Source of the DNA: Kondoa subrosea
Taxonomy: Eukaryota
DNA length: 64,000 bases
Assembly: GCA_039545335.1 (NCBI GenBank)
Contig: BCIN01000007.1
Location: 1,294,530 to 1,358,529 of the forward strand
Reading direction: 5' to 3'
Made by a program: the position numbers and the translations under genes. This document shows positions 40,959 through 52,660 of the stretch, one piece after another (the first letter of the stretch is position 1; every line of letters begins with the position of its first letter). The notes under the pieces were generated by a model. It saw only the letters and a program-made list of their open reading frames with translations. It was not told the origin of the DNA and did not search any database.

Positions 40959-42705
40959 ATGGCAGCTACCCTTCGCCAGCGCAACGTTGAGCGTTCTGCC
41001 TCGCCTGTCTCGTTCTCTAGCGATTCAGAGACTGAAGATATTCCTAGCTTCACACCTCCATCTTTCACTGTAAGCCTTTCGTTTGTGTTGGGCCCGCGTC
41101 ATTAAGATTGATTTTCGTATTCCCCTGTACAGATCAAAGAATTGCTCGATGCTATTCCAAAACACTGCTTCGAACGAAGCGCCATCAGATCTTTTGGCTA
41201 TGTAGCCATGGATTTCGCTTTCATCGCCGCACTGGGCACGTGTGCCTATCACATTTCAACTTTCTTTGGCTCAAATGGTTCTATCCTGAGCGGCAATGCT
41301 GGCGTTGCTGCTAGTTGGGCTGCCTGGGCTGCCTACTGTAGGGTTCTTGTTTCGAGCGGGTTACATCAGCTGAAATTCTCGCTTCAGGGTGGTATCAAGG
41401 TCTTGTCATGACTGGCGTTTGGGTCATCGCACACGAATGTAAGCTCTTTGAGCCTGGTGCGGTATCTGCCTCATATCTTCTCTCAGGCGGTCATCAATCC
41501 TTCTCGACCTCCAAACAGCTCAACAATGCAGTTGGTTGGGTTCTTCACTCGGCTCTTTTGGTTCCTTACCACTCGTGGAGAATCTCTCACGCTAGACATC
41601 ATGCTGCTACCGGTCATTGCACAAGGGATGAAGTTTTTGTTCCCAAAACCGCTTCTGATCTTGGCATCACCAAGCCTGAAAACGGTTTCGACAAGCACGC
41701 AGAATCTTGGGCTTCCAGAGCTGATGATCTTCTTGAAGACTCACCTGCCTACATCTTCACCCGAGTTATTGCTCAACAGCTTCGTAAGTCCTCCTGGTGC
41801 TATAGCCAATGTTGGCTAAAGTCTTCTCGGTTGACTACAGTCGGCTTCCCAATGTACTTGATCCGCAACGCATCTGGACAGAAGCACTACCCAAAACACA
41901 CCAACCGTGAGCTCACGCATTGTACAAAATTCGCTTATACTGATTCTATTGTCACTTGGTGCAGATTTCAACCCTGAATCACACATCTTTGACGAACGTC
42001 ACTATGGCCAGATTATCTGGTCCGACTTTGGACTCGCTTTGGTCATTTCTGCCATCGTCTACGCTAGCAAGCAAACTTCATTCGCTACCGTTATGGCCTA
42101 CTATGGCATTCCTTACCTTTTGGTCAACCACTGGTTGGTACTCATCACTTTCTTGCAACACACCGATCCTATGCTCCCTCATTACCGAGCTGGTGAATGG
42201 AACTTCCAACGTGGAGGTGAGTTACGATGTATTGCTTGCATGATCCTCAGCTCATTAAGGAACGATTGTAAATCACAGCTCTTTGCACTCAAGATCGCAA
42301 CAGTAAGCATGTCTCGAGATCACGACTTTTCAAATTTAATTTCTGTCGAGCAGTTCACAACTTCTTGACCCACTCTATCGCAAACACCCATGTTTTGCAC
42401 CACTTGAAATCCTCAATTCCTCACTACCACGCCCACGATGCGACTGAAGCGCTCAAGAAAGTTTTGGGCGACCACTACTTGTTTACTGAAGAGCACTGGG
42501 CCGTATCTTTATGGAAGTGCTACTCTCAGTGCCGTGTATGTCCCGCGTCCGCTATCATTCAGAATTTCACTGATGATACCGTATTCACATACAGTTCATT
42601 GACGACGATTCAGAAGTCGTCTTCTACCGCAACGCCAAGGGAGAAGTCAAACGCAGATGGGCTGTCGAAGGCAGCGACTCTGGTGTTGAGTTGAACGACA
42701 AGTAA
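40959..42705 (+). CDS. FAD2: Delta-12 (omega-6) fatty acid desaturase, copy 1
   Basis: FT|IKELLDAIPKHCFERS; His boxes HECGH, HARHH, HVLHH; NHWLVLITFLQHTDP; IPHYHA. Confidence 0.93.
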
Positions 42706-43276
42706 ACGAACGAGATCAAGGGGTTGATGGAATTAATCAAGTGTTGAACGATTTTCTTCAAAACCACTACACACCCACACACACTTATGCTAGACGGTTT
42801 TCTTTATCTTATTTAGATTGAAATCATATGCTCAGCTACTTATTTGATATCTGCACGTTCTGCATCGCAATATGTTGACACGTATTCGGATCATTATGTG
42901 ATAGGACACGTCTTACGTAAGCTAATTTGATAGATCGGGATTGCCTATCAGTGCCAAGCTGGGCGCTTCCTTTGCGTGGGTCTAGCTACATTGCTACAGC
43001 AGATTTAGCCCAAGCGCGTCATGGACATTGAACATTAATCGTCTCACCCGGTAAGTCTCGCAAGCCAAGACCTTAGTCTCGAGCGTTTTTTGAGGCTCTC
43101 TTTCCCTTTTGCACATCGACACAGCTTTCCAACAAGCTATTACACCAGACTGCTCGCGCTACACAAGCAGTCCTCCTATTTATTCGACGACAAGATCTTC
43201 AATCGACTGACTCCACCAGACTCGACTTTTCAGAGCATATACTACTTTCCCATTCTTTACTTTCTGCCAATAAGTT

Positions 43277-44966
43277 ATGGCTTCCACACTTCGTCAGCGG
43301 AACGTTGAACGTTCTGCTTCACCTGTCTCTTTCACGAGCAGCGATTCAGAGGATGAGTCTCTAGCTACTTTCACTCCTCCATCATTCACCGTGCGTTTTC
43401 TTGAAATCGCTGATCGATCTTCATTGTAATTCTATGGGTGTTAATATACAGATCAAAGAATTGCTAGATGCTATTCCAAAACATTGTTTCGAGAAGAGTG
43501 CGCTCAGAAGTTTAAGCTACGTCGCTATGGATGCAGCTTTCATCTTCGCTTTGGGTACTTGCGCCTATAATATTTCGTCACTCTTTGGTCCTAATGGATC
43601 ATTGTTGAGCGGTCATGCTGGCATAATTGCTAAATGGGCAGCTTGGACTACATATTGTGAGTCGAATTAGACACATATTGACAAGAGAAGATCGCTAAAT
43701 ACTTGACATAGGGTGGTTTCAAGGATTGGTTATGACTGGTGTCTGGATTATCGCACATGAATGTAGGTCTAGACTTCTCCGATGTCAAGTCTGTCTGAAG
43801 AAAGTGTCAAGGCGGTCATCAATCATTCTCCAACTCAAAGAACCTCAATAACGCAGTTGGTTGGGTCCTTCACTCTATCGTCTTGGTCCCGTACCACTCT
43901 TGGCGTATCTCTCACGCAAAACACCATGCAGCAACAGGTCATTGCAACAGAGATGAAGTCTTTGTTCCTCGCACTGCATCCGATTTGGGCATTAACAAGC
44001 CTGATGGTGGATTTGAGAAGCATGCTCAGTCATGGGCCTCAAGAGCAGATGATCTACTTGAAGATTCGCCGCTGTACATTCTTGGTGCTGTTCTAGTACA
44101 GCAATTATGTACGTTGGTACTCGTTGCTCAGGCAGGTAATTATCTAAGAAGCACCACACGCAAACAGTCGGATTCCCTGCTTACCTTATCCGCAATGCCT
44201 CTGGCCAAAAATGGTACAAGAAGCAGACCAATCGTTAGTTTATTTCTCTCGGGTCAAATTTGTAGCTAACCTGGCAACACAGACTTCAACCCAAACTCTG
44301 AGATCTTCAGCGCTCGTCACTGGGGTCAAGTGCTTTGGTCTGATTTTGGTCTCGCTCTCGTCGTCGGAGCCGCAGTCTACGCCGCCAAACAAACCTCTTT
44401 CTCTACCGTCATGGCCTACTATGGTATTCCATACTTGGCAGTCAACCACTGGCTTGTGTTGATCACTTTCCTTCAACATACTGATCCTATTTTACCTCAT
44501 TACCGTGCTGGCGAATATACATGGGTCAGAGGGGCTCTTTGCACGCAGGATCGTAACAGTGAGTCCCTAATATCGTGCCTGCGAATCAATCTTGACATTT
44601 TGACTTCAAGTTTATAACTTCCTCACTCATTCAATCTCAAATACCCACGTTCTACATCACATCAACTCTTCTATCCCTCATTACCACGCTCACGAAGCTA
44701 CTGAAGCACTGAAGAAAGTTTTGGGTGATCATTACCTCTACACTGATGAACATTGGCTTGTGTCTCTATGGAAATGCTTCAACCACTGTCGTGTGAGTAT
44801 GCCGATGGAGTTTCCAGAATTAGTCTGACGATCTCCTCGTGTGCTCTCACAGTTCGTGGACAACGAAGGCGAAGTGGTCTTCTACCGCAATGCAAAAGGA
44901 GAAGCGAAACGCAAAGTCGTTTACGAAGCATCATCCGATTCTGGCATTGAAGTAGCGGACAAGTAA
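43277..44966 (+). CDS. FAD2: Delta-12 (omega-6) fatty acid desaturase, copy 2 (tandem paralog)
   Basis: IKELLDAIPKHCFEKS; His boxes HECGH, HAKHH, HVLHH; exon layout largely as in copy 1. Confidence 0.93.
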
Positions 44967-45266
44967 ATCTACGATCATGTTCGTCTACTTTCATTCTTTC
45001 TCACTACTCAAGGGGTTCTTCTTCGATTCAAGGGTTGCATTTCTTCCATCGTTCAAGCATACAAAGTAGACATAAAAAGAAACAAGGGTTGCATTAACTT
45101 AGAAAGGGGCATTATCTAGAGACTTATTTATCTATTTATTAGCATAGAGTAGCACATTGCATTGTCAAGCTCCTGCACCTTCACCCTTATTCGCCACCCT
45201 TATGCAATTCGGCTATCACATGAAAGCGGTTTTTCTCATAGCGGTGTCCTATCACCAACACAACAA

Positions 45267-46680
45267 ATGGTTCCTGCACCACCTAAACCGTGAGCCTAAC
45301 CCTGCTACTAATGGTTCATCATCTAAATCGCTTCCTCTCTAAAAGCTGGGAGACCAATAATAATACTTGTCCGGTCATGGAAGCCTCAACTTCAACTGTT
45401 GCTGCTGCTGCTCCGGAATTGCCTGCTAGACCTATTGGCATGTCTTCTATGGCTACTGGTGTGTTTTATATGCTGTTGTATGATGATGCATTGAGCTAAT
45501 CTTACTTAGAAGGAGCGTATGGCGCTTCTCCTGTTTGTCGCATCTCCTTTCCCTGGAGTGAAAAATATGCTGACCTGTTGGTATGACAGTACGGAGCAAG
45601 TCGATATGGAGCGGGAATGAGTTCATACGGAGCTGGAGCTTATGGAAACGCCTATTCTTCACCTTACTCTCGATTTGGTCAAACTTCAATGTATGGTTCT
45701 GCATTTGGAGGAGGATACGGAGGGATGGGTGGTTATGGAGGAATTGGAGCTAATCCTTATGGTCAACCTGGTTTTGGAATGCCTGGAATGGGTGGTGTCG
45801 TACCTGGACAATTTGGACCGGATGGTCTATCTTTATCGCAAAGAATGGAAAGTGGAACAGCAGCAACGTTTCAAATACTTGAATCGATAGTAGGAGCTTT
45901 TGGTGGGTTTGCTCAAATGCTGGAATCGACATTTATGGCTACCCATTCAAGTTTCTTTGCTATGATTGGAGTTGCGGAACAGTTTGGTCATCTAAGAAAT
46001 TACTTGGGTCAAGTGTTGAGCATCTTTGCGTTGATAAGATGGGTCAAGAGCTTGATTGCGAGAATAACGGGTCAAGAACTACCACCTGATCCTTCAACAA
46101 CAGCTGGAATCACAGCAGATTCTTTCAAACAATTTTCGCAGGGTGCTTCATCACCTCAAGTTCCACCCAAACCTAAACTATCAAAGAAACCTCTCTTCAT
46201 CTTCTTCCTCACCGTTGTCGGTCTACCTTACTTAATGAACAAACTTGTTCGACTTATAACAGCAAGGCAAGAAGAAGAATTACGTCAAAGAGGTGGTTTA
46301 CCTCTACAACAAGGCATGTTGGGTCCTGGTGTCGGACCAGCTGAAGTTCTGGATCCCAAGAACATCACTTTCGTAAGCGCGACTCACGCTTTCACGCCTA
46401 CGGATCCATCAGAACTACCTTTGGATGTGAACGATATCGTTGCTGTACTTTCACCACCGAGCGAGAGAGTTAGTCCAGGTTGGTGGAGAGGCAGGAAAAG
46501 GGATGGTAAAGTTGGTTGGTTCCCAACAACGTTAGTCTTTTCAATATCATGGAAGAGCGCTTGATGCTAATATTCTTGAACAGACATGTTGCTGAATTAC
46601 CTACCCAAAAGAAGACTGTCGTCGAACCGAAGATTATTGATAACGTCAAGTCTTTCCCTGTTGGTTCTGTTGGTCCGTAG
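45267..46680 (+). CDS. PEX13: Peroxin 13
   Basis: PPKP|WE start, YG-rich region, TAATFQILESIVGAFGGFAQMLESTFMATHSSFFAMIGVAEQF, GLPYLMNKL, C-terminal SH3 (WWRGRKRDGKVGWFP). Confidence 0.96.
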
Positions 46681-46795
46681 TTGTGACGAGGGATATTGTG
46701 TACATGTGGTCTGTCCAATAGTAATACATATATTGATGCTTGCTCTACATGCCCTTTGCCCCTTCCGCATTCACGTTTCGCTGACCCTAATGATT

Positions 46796-47157
46796 TCATG
46801 TTGACCTTCTTGGCACTCTCGGTTCTCTCTCAAAGAATCTTGAATGTAAGCTCATGCTAGTGACCAAATCAAAGACCGTTTCTCCAACTCCCAAATCTTT
46901 TGGATTTACTTTGACGTCAAATGTTGTCCTCTCGTAGCGCTGGGCATTGGACTCACATTGTTTCGCTATCGAATGCCCAGTCCCTTCTGGTATTCCTATA
47001 GCATCCGGCGAGATCCTGTTCAAGTGCCATTTGAGGTTCTTATTTCTGATATTTGGGTGAATGGAACAAACGCTTGACCCGAAGCGCGTTTTACTCCTGC
47101 TAATACTGTACTGATCATGATGGCATCGAAAGTGAAATGGAATAGTCTGCCGAACAT
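46796..47157 (-). CDS. DUF1748 family small fungal protein
   Basis: MFGRLFHFTFDAIMISTVLAGVKRASG|...LGVGETVFD...SRFFER pattern. Confidence 0.8.
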
Positions 47158-48151
47158 TTGGGTTGTCGCGCTTTGCGAAAAGAGTTTAGGATCTAGTAAG
47201 ACAGTTTGTTCTGGTTCAGCGATGTTTGAGATTGACTACTGGCTATGTTCCGCTGTGTCTGTTATCGGTCTTGATACAGGCTCTTTTCTTCTGCTTCTAC
47301 TGTGTTCTTGTCCGAATCCCTTCGACTTTCGACTTGGCAGAGGATGCTTCATGGCTTCACGTACTGTGAATGTTTCCTTTGTCGGCTGCTAAGCTAGTGT
47401 ACCGACCGGCGCAGCGATGACTCAGGTCGTCAGCGAGAGACACTGGAGCGCTGGCTTGCCAGTCGAATCTCGTCTCAGTCATATCCTCTAATATTCTCGC
47501 TCCTTGGATTTCTGTCCCATCTGCTATTTCTGACCATCAGACTGCCACAGTCAGAGTATCGTCAAAATATAGAGATTCTGTTGTCTGCGTACCTGGATGA
47601 TTGAGGCGGAATGAAATTACATTGCACTCGCTCGAAATCTTTCCGGTCGAGTACTTGCCTCTTCTCCTACAACAGCTAGAGGGGTTGCTCTTGTGTATGC
47701 TCTATCGATCGGCTACCTCAGATCTCCCAGTAGTTTCCCTTGTCATCTCGATTGCGCACAGAGAATCTCAGTCTCATTTTACTTAGAAGAGATCGAGACG
47801 ACGGATCTCCACCAATTTATCTCGTCGGTCTCAGTCGCGTGAATATTGCCTGGAGCTCGTCCAAGAATCGGACCTGCAATCTATGTGTACATGCATAGGC
47901 CGATGGTCACAGCTGGAGGGTTAAGTGTCGTACGACTGCTTGCTGAAGCAGGGTCGGCAGATATTTGGCCTGCTCAGCGTACATGTATAGGCGGTTGAAG
48001 TACGATTATGTCCGAACAATCCAAAGTATACCATTGTGACAAAATAAAGGGACGGGAATTCATTAGGATTCGTTGATACATTGCGCGAGCAAGACGCGTA
48101 TTATTTCTGATGCGCGATAACAACATGCAAGGTTAGTGCACATGATGAAGC

Positions 48152-48877
48152 TCATCGTTTCCGTTTGCGATTTCCCCCCTCGGTGCCTGTTCCTGCAGCT
48201 TGTGACAATCGTCTCTGCTCATCTATACGAAGGACAAGGAGATGAGCCTGGCACCACGACGACGACAACCCATCTTATGATGGTAAACAAGCATACCTTC
48301 TCTAGCACGTTCGATTCGACGCAACTCTGCAACCTGATCGTACACCTCTATTGCAATCGATCCGATGACTTGGTCGACCCACTGCACAATCGCGCTAAAA
48401 CGTCCTTCAAGCCGCAAAGCACCAATGCGTATCTCGAACAAGTCTGCCATCGCCTTCGCTCGTCGTTTCCCATGTGGAACGCTTGGAACAGTTCGATCCA
48501 GATGATAGACAGTCGCTATGTAAGAGAGAGTTTCATTGCTGGTAAGGTGTTTTCTCAGTTGCTTGAAATTTGCAGGAATCAGTTACTTTAGGAAGACAAT
48601 AAACGATGACACCGACCGTGAGCATGTCAGGTGTTGCTCTCGAGAATCTTCTGTAACATATCATCGTCACTTCACCTCTGAGGATTGCGTCGCCAACAGT
48701 TTCTATCCGGTCTGCCTCCAGCTCCTGTCCAGTTAATCGACTCGGACCATCTTTGCGCAACTTGGCACAAGCTGCAATAGCGATTAGATCAGGATTGTTG
48801 ATCTTAGGAAGCTTGTGATTTAGCGCTTCTTGCTTTCCTATAATAGTAGTGACCAGTTCTTGCGTAATTGGACCCAT
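48152..48877 (-). CDS. Stand-alone RNase III-domain protein (about 200 aa, no dsRBD), 3 exons
   Basis: Signature DRIETVGDAIL (cf. ERLEFLGDA); DMLT|QLRKHLTSNETLSYIA; ADLFEIRIGAL (cf. ADxxEAxxGA); ends GGNRKRKR*. Confidence 0.82.
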
Positions 48878-49447
48878 TCTGACAAAGATTGTAATGGCAC
48901 CGTGCTTTTGAGACTACGTGATATCCTAAGTCTAGCAGAGTGTAGTAAGGAAACGCTGCGCTGTTTGAGAAATGAGCTCTTGCGAACTTGCTGCTTAATG
49001 CCGTAATTGGACCAAGAAAGGTATGAACAGCTTCACGAGCTGGATGCTGAGCTTGAAAGTACAAAGCAGACTCGGCTGGGCCACGCAAAGTTGCAGAGAG
49101 CCAGCGCTGAACATATGTCGGAAACTTGGAAGACTTTCACGCGCTTTGCGAAATTGTCGAGCGCTTTGACCTTGTTCGGCGAAGAGATTTCATCCTGTCA
49201 TAGGTGCTTGGCTCCACATAACTGCCTCTCCGTCCGGCAACGAGTAAACAGTGCATTGCGAGTTCTCCCTTCGAATTCTCTTGCGCGCGGGGCAAGATGA
49301 TGGTCCATGACATTGCATTGTGCTCGTGTTTCTTTTGATCCGTGTACAGGATGATGCTACAGCGGCTTGACTCTCTGAAGCAGTGAAGTACTCCATGGCC
49401 GTTATGGTACATCTTTTCCAAATTTGATATTCGACCTTGAATCATTA

Positions 49448-49500
49448 CATGTCTCTGCCATGTCTCTGCTGCAAGTCTAACGGCACTGCAAGTCTACGGC
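49448..49500. repeat. Two adjacent short tandem duplications at the left edge of the retroelement fragment
   Basis: CATGTCTCTGC x2 (49448-49469), then TGCAAGTCTA(A)CGGC x2 (49470-49500). Confidence 0.8.
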
Positions 49501-49519
49501 CTCGGCTTGGTATCCCTAA

Positions 49520-51170
49520 GGAAAAGAAAAGCTCGGCAAGAGGTCCATAAAGCAAAAAAATTAGGCATTGTCATGGAGACCTGGGACAAATCGTATGAGC
49601 TGGGCGTGGTCAAGAGAGAGTTCCCTGCTCACATTGGGGATTGAACCCAAGACATCTCGCAAGTGCTTAGGCATGCGAAGCGAGCTGAGGCAGAGTTTTA
49701 ACGATTTGTTCAAAATTTCTAATGTACAACCGTACCTATCTACCACTGATCTGCATGGCTCATGAGAGGAAATCGCGGCAACGGGCTTTTAATCACTAAC
49801 ATATATCCCCATTGTTGGCGAAAAACGGCAAAATTTACGCCAGTACTCAAAAGTATATAACAATGTTTGTAAGACGCAATCGATTGGTCAATGCAGTTGC
49901 AAAACAGCCAAGAACTTCTTCCGATGATCCTGGATACTTCTGGAACTGGAGAGCTATCTTTTGCAACGCACCAGATGACAAGCGGGTCGCATGGGCAGTC
50001 GCAAGATCAAAGATGCGCAAACTCTTGTCGCCAATATGGCAAGACTACCTAGAAGCCTGGGAGCTCGCAACATACCTCCCAAAAGACCTCAACTGGAGCG
50101 AAACCTTCTTATCCAAGCAAGTAGAAAGGAAGCAACACAACGCGTGGGGTTTTCTTACAATGGTGGACTCCAGCAATTTCCAACAAATAGGCGGAGATAT
50201 CATTGCAGTAGCACAAGACGTAGTGAACCAGCGAAGGCAACATCAGCTCTTCAGGAAAACAATTCAACCGGAAGGCTGGAAGTCTCGTTTCCCAAATCTT
50301 ATCCATGAACGATGGCAGAAAGCATGGACAACAACAGCTTTACTCGATCGAATTCTACCAGAAGAGGTCGACACAGCCCATCGCATATCTCTCGGCTCTC
50401 TACAACCACAATCCCGCAAGATTGAATGGAAGAATCATCGTCCAGTTGGCAATGATTCGCAGTGTTCTTTGTGCGGAGATATGGTCAGAGAAGATTTCGC
50501 TCACATCTTCTCGCATTGCACCACCTCAAAGGAAATATGGGCACTTGCTGGCCCACNTGCTCATCTGAAGGAACCACCTGATATAACGCAGTTCGTATGT
50601 CCAGCGTACGATCCGATTACAGTAGCGTTTATGATGGTGTACCAACACCAAATCCACAAACTTGCAACTCATCAACGCTTCTCAATGATGGCATCTAAGC
50701 ATCTGACAAGAGAACAGATGTTGCGAGTCGCTAAGAAGATCTTCGATTCAGCAAAATCAGCAGAAATGAAGATTCGAGCGAAAATGGCCAAGAAAGCAGC
50801 AGCACAGAAGAAGAGGAAGAGCAACCAGAAGAAGAAGCCAGCTCCTCGTTCTACTACATCATCAAAGACTGNGGTTTTATCCAAACCAAAGTCGGATCCC
50901 AAACGCTGAGGCAGGAGTTCTAGGCCTCTGTGCAGGCGAAATGCGGCCTAAGACCACAGAGGGGCGTCGCATCTAATGCGAGGTCGGGTTGGAATCCCTC
51001 ACAACGTCTATACCCACTTTCATTCGTTTCGGCGGTGAATTTGGCGTTCCAGGAACTTCGGTGACTGGGGCTGAAGATTCTCCTGCCTTTTCTCACAATA
51101 GCACTCTACTGTGCGAGTCCTCCTAGAGGGCGCGTGCTGAATTTCGTTTGCAATGGTCGTTCTATGAATA
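49520..51170 (+). mobile_element. 5'-truncated non-LTR retrotransposon fragment (L1/Tx1-like ORF2 C-terminus with zf-RVT) plus putative 3' UTR
   Basis: Intronless W-rich ORF 49812-50909 with CSLC..E.FAHIFSHC...IW zinc knuckle; upstream frames disrupted; ambiguous N bases. Boundaries approximate. Confidence 0.75.
50909..51088 (+). ncRNA. Putative structured RNA element in retroelement 3' UTR
   Basis: 9-bp closing stem AGGCAGGAG/CTCCTGCCT; pseudoknot TAGGCC/GGCCTA + TCTGTG/CACAGA; CGCA-TCTAA-TGCG hairpin; GGG-TTGGAAT-CCC T-arm-like hairpin; two UUCG-capped hairpins. Confidence 0.55.
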
Positions 51171-52660
51171 AGCTAGCTTACAAGTTCTGTACTACCTACA
51201 AGCAAATTGTCTATCTCAGCGTTCCCTTTCTACTTCAGAGAACAAAACAGCGAGACCGAGCGCGTAACAGATTGATAGAGAGATCGAGAATTAAAGATTT
51301 GTAGACATACGGATCCATGAGATCTTGCCAATGAGCAAGAACTTCTTTTGAGGTAGGTGAAGGAGTTCCAGATGAGGTGAATATGATAGGGTGGAAAGGA
51401 TTCTTAACGAGACTGCAGTAGTGACGATTCTTCTCCGCTTCAATTCCAGACAAGTAATGTGAAATACGTTTTTCAGTTGAAGCAAAGAGGTCAGGATCTT
51501 GAGTGGTCGGAGCAGGAGGAAAGCGTTGCGAATGAACAGAAGTGAACTTGATATCATAGTCTCCAACTTCTTGACGGAACGAGCCAGGTCCAGCTATGCG
51601 AATGCGTAGATCAGTTCTATCTCTTCGACCAGGTATAGAAGGTTCAGGTTTGACTGTTGTGCCCTCTATCGTTTCGACGTGGTACTTGATCGTAATCTTT
51701 GCCTTCTCATGGCGGAAGATTCGCATATTCTGTCGTTGAGCACAGACTTCATCATGTCCAATGACGTTTGGACGGCAGCAGTACTTGCAGACGTCGTTGT
51801 GACCTCGTATGAGCGTTCGGTGTGTCAAACCAANTGCAATTTCTCTCTTCGACAGCGTTTTGTAGGAGTTGTTTGGGATGGCATGAAGCCACTGTGAAGA
51901 GATTGAGGAGTGGTTGTCGACGTATTGAACGAGTTCAGATGAGCTGAGTTGAGGTAAGAGCTTGATCCGATTCTCTTTGTGCATTTCATGACATCGCTCT
52001 CTTTGACTCTTGAATTCTGATGGTTCTGAATAATTGACATCTGGAGCAAAGTCATTGATCAAGTAATCCATCTTCTCAATCATTGCTGCTCTTCCATGTC
52101 CAGCACATTCCTTAAGAGACAAGAAGCCAAGTCCACCATAACTGATCGGAAAGGAGAGGAGTCGAGCATCATGCGGTTGAATTCGTATCTGTTCACCTCG
52201 CAATTTGGCGACAGCTCGTAAGATGTTCATGTCCATTTCAGCCCAAACTTCAAGTACTGCAGGAGTAGGTGGAAGAGTGCGAAGAAGATAACGCAGGCGG
52301 TGTTGAAGACTAAGGCGAAGGAGAAGCAGAGCATGATGGGCTTCAAGTTGATCTAGCTTGAAGAGGTGTAGAGCTTCACCGATGACTTTCTCGCGAAGAA
52401 AGCGTTCAGGATAAGGTCCAATGTAGCTACCAAGTGTTTCAATCTCAGCTTGAGGAGAAAGACCATTTTCACGAGTCTTGTGAGGTTTGAGGTTGAGAAT
52501 GATGCCTCGATGACGGTGATCCTCAAAGATAGCTTTGACTTCCTCAAGACGTGAGCGGTCTACAAAGGCTTTTGTATCATCGAGATAAGCCAAAACTTGA
52601 GCAAGATTGAACTGATTCGTTTCTCCTTCGTTGAGCCTTCGAGCAAGGTCTTCCAGGAAG
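51170..52660 (-). mobile_element. 5'-truncated CRE-clade (Cnl1/MoTeR-like) non-LTR retrotransposon with REL endonuclease
   Basis: Intronless ORF 51235-52593: AYLDD RT motif, LGSYIG, LLLLRLS..RLRYLLRT, P.S.GGLG, CCHC finger CKYC..GHDEVC, RHE, RTDL..DIK..EAEKNRHY, FHPIIFTSSG (restriction-like endonuclease). Confidence 0.88.

Noticed and set aside
47400..48100. Possible MITE or repeat (recurring TCTCAGTC, GTACATGYATAGGC twice)
   Set aside because: No convincing terminal inverted repeats or target-site duplication.
49007..49445. Short ORFs between the RNase III gene and the retroelement
   Set aside because: No motifs or splice pattern; probably non-coding.
49510..49520. CCCTAA telomere-like seed near the retroelements
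   Set aside because: A single hexamer, expected by chance.
50962..51009. Functional tRNA gene
   Set aside because: No D-arm/A-box, and the anticodon-like loop is 5 nt. Kept only as a tRNA-like motif.
51100..51147. HDV-like ribozyme (GCGAG-TCC-TCCTAGA-GGG-CGCGTGC-TGAA-TTTCGT)
   Set aside because: L3- and P2/P3-like parts are present, but P1 has only about 4 contiguous bp and the GG for P1.1 and the catalytic C are not correctly placed. At best a degenerate hairpin region.
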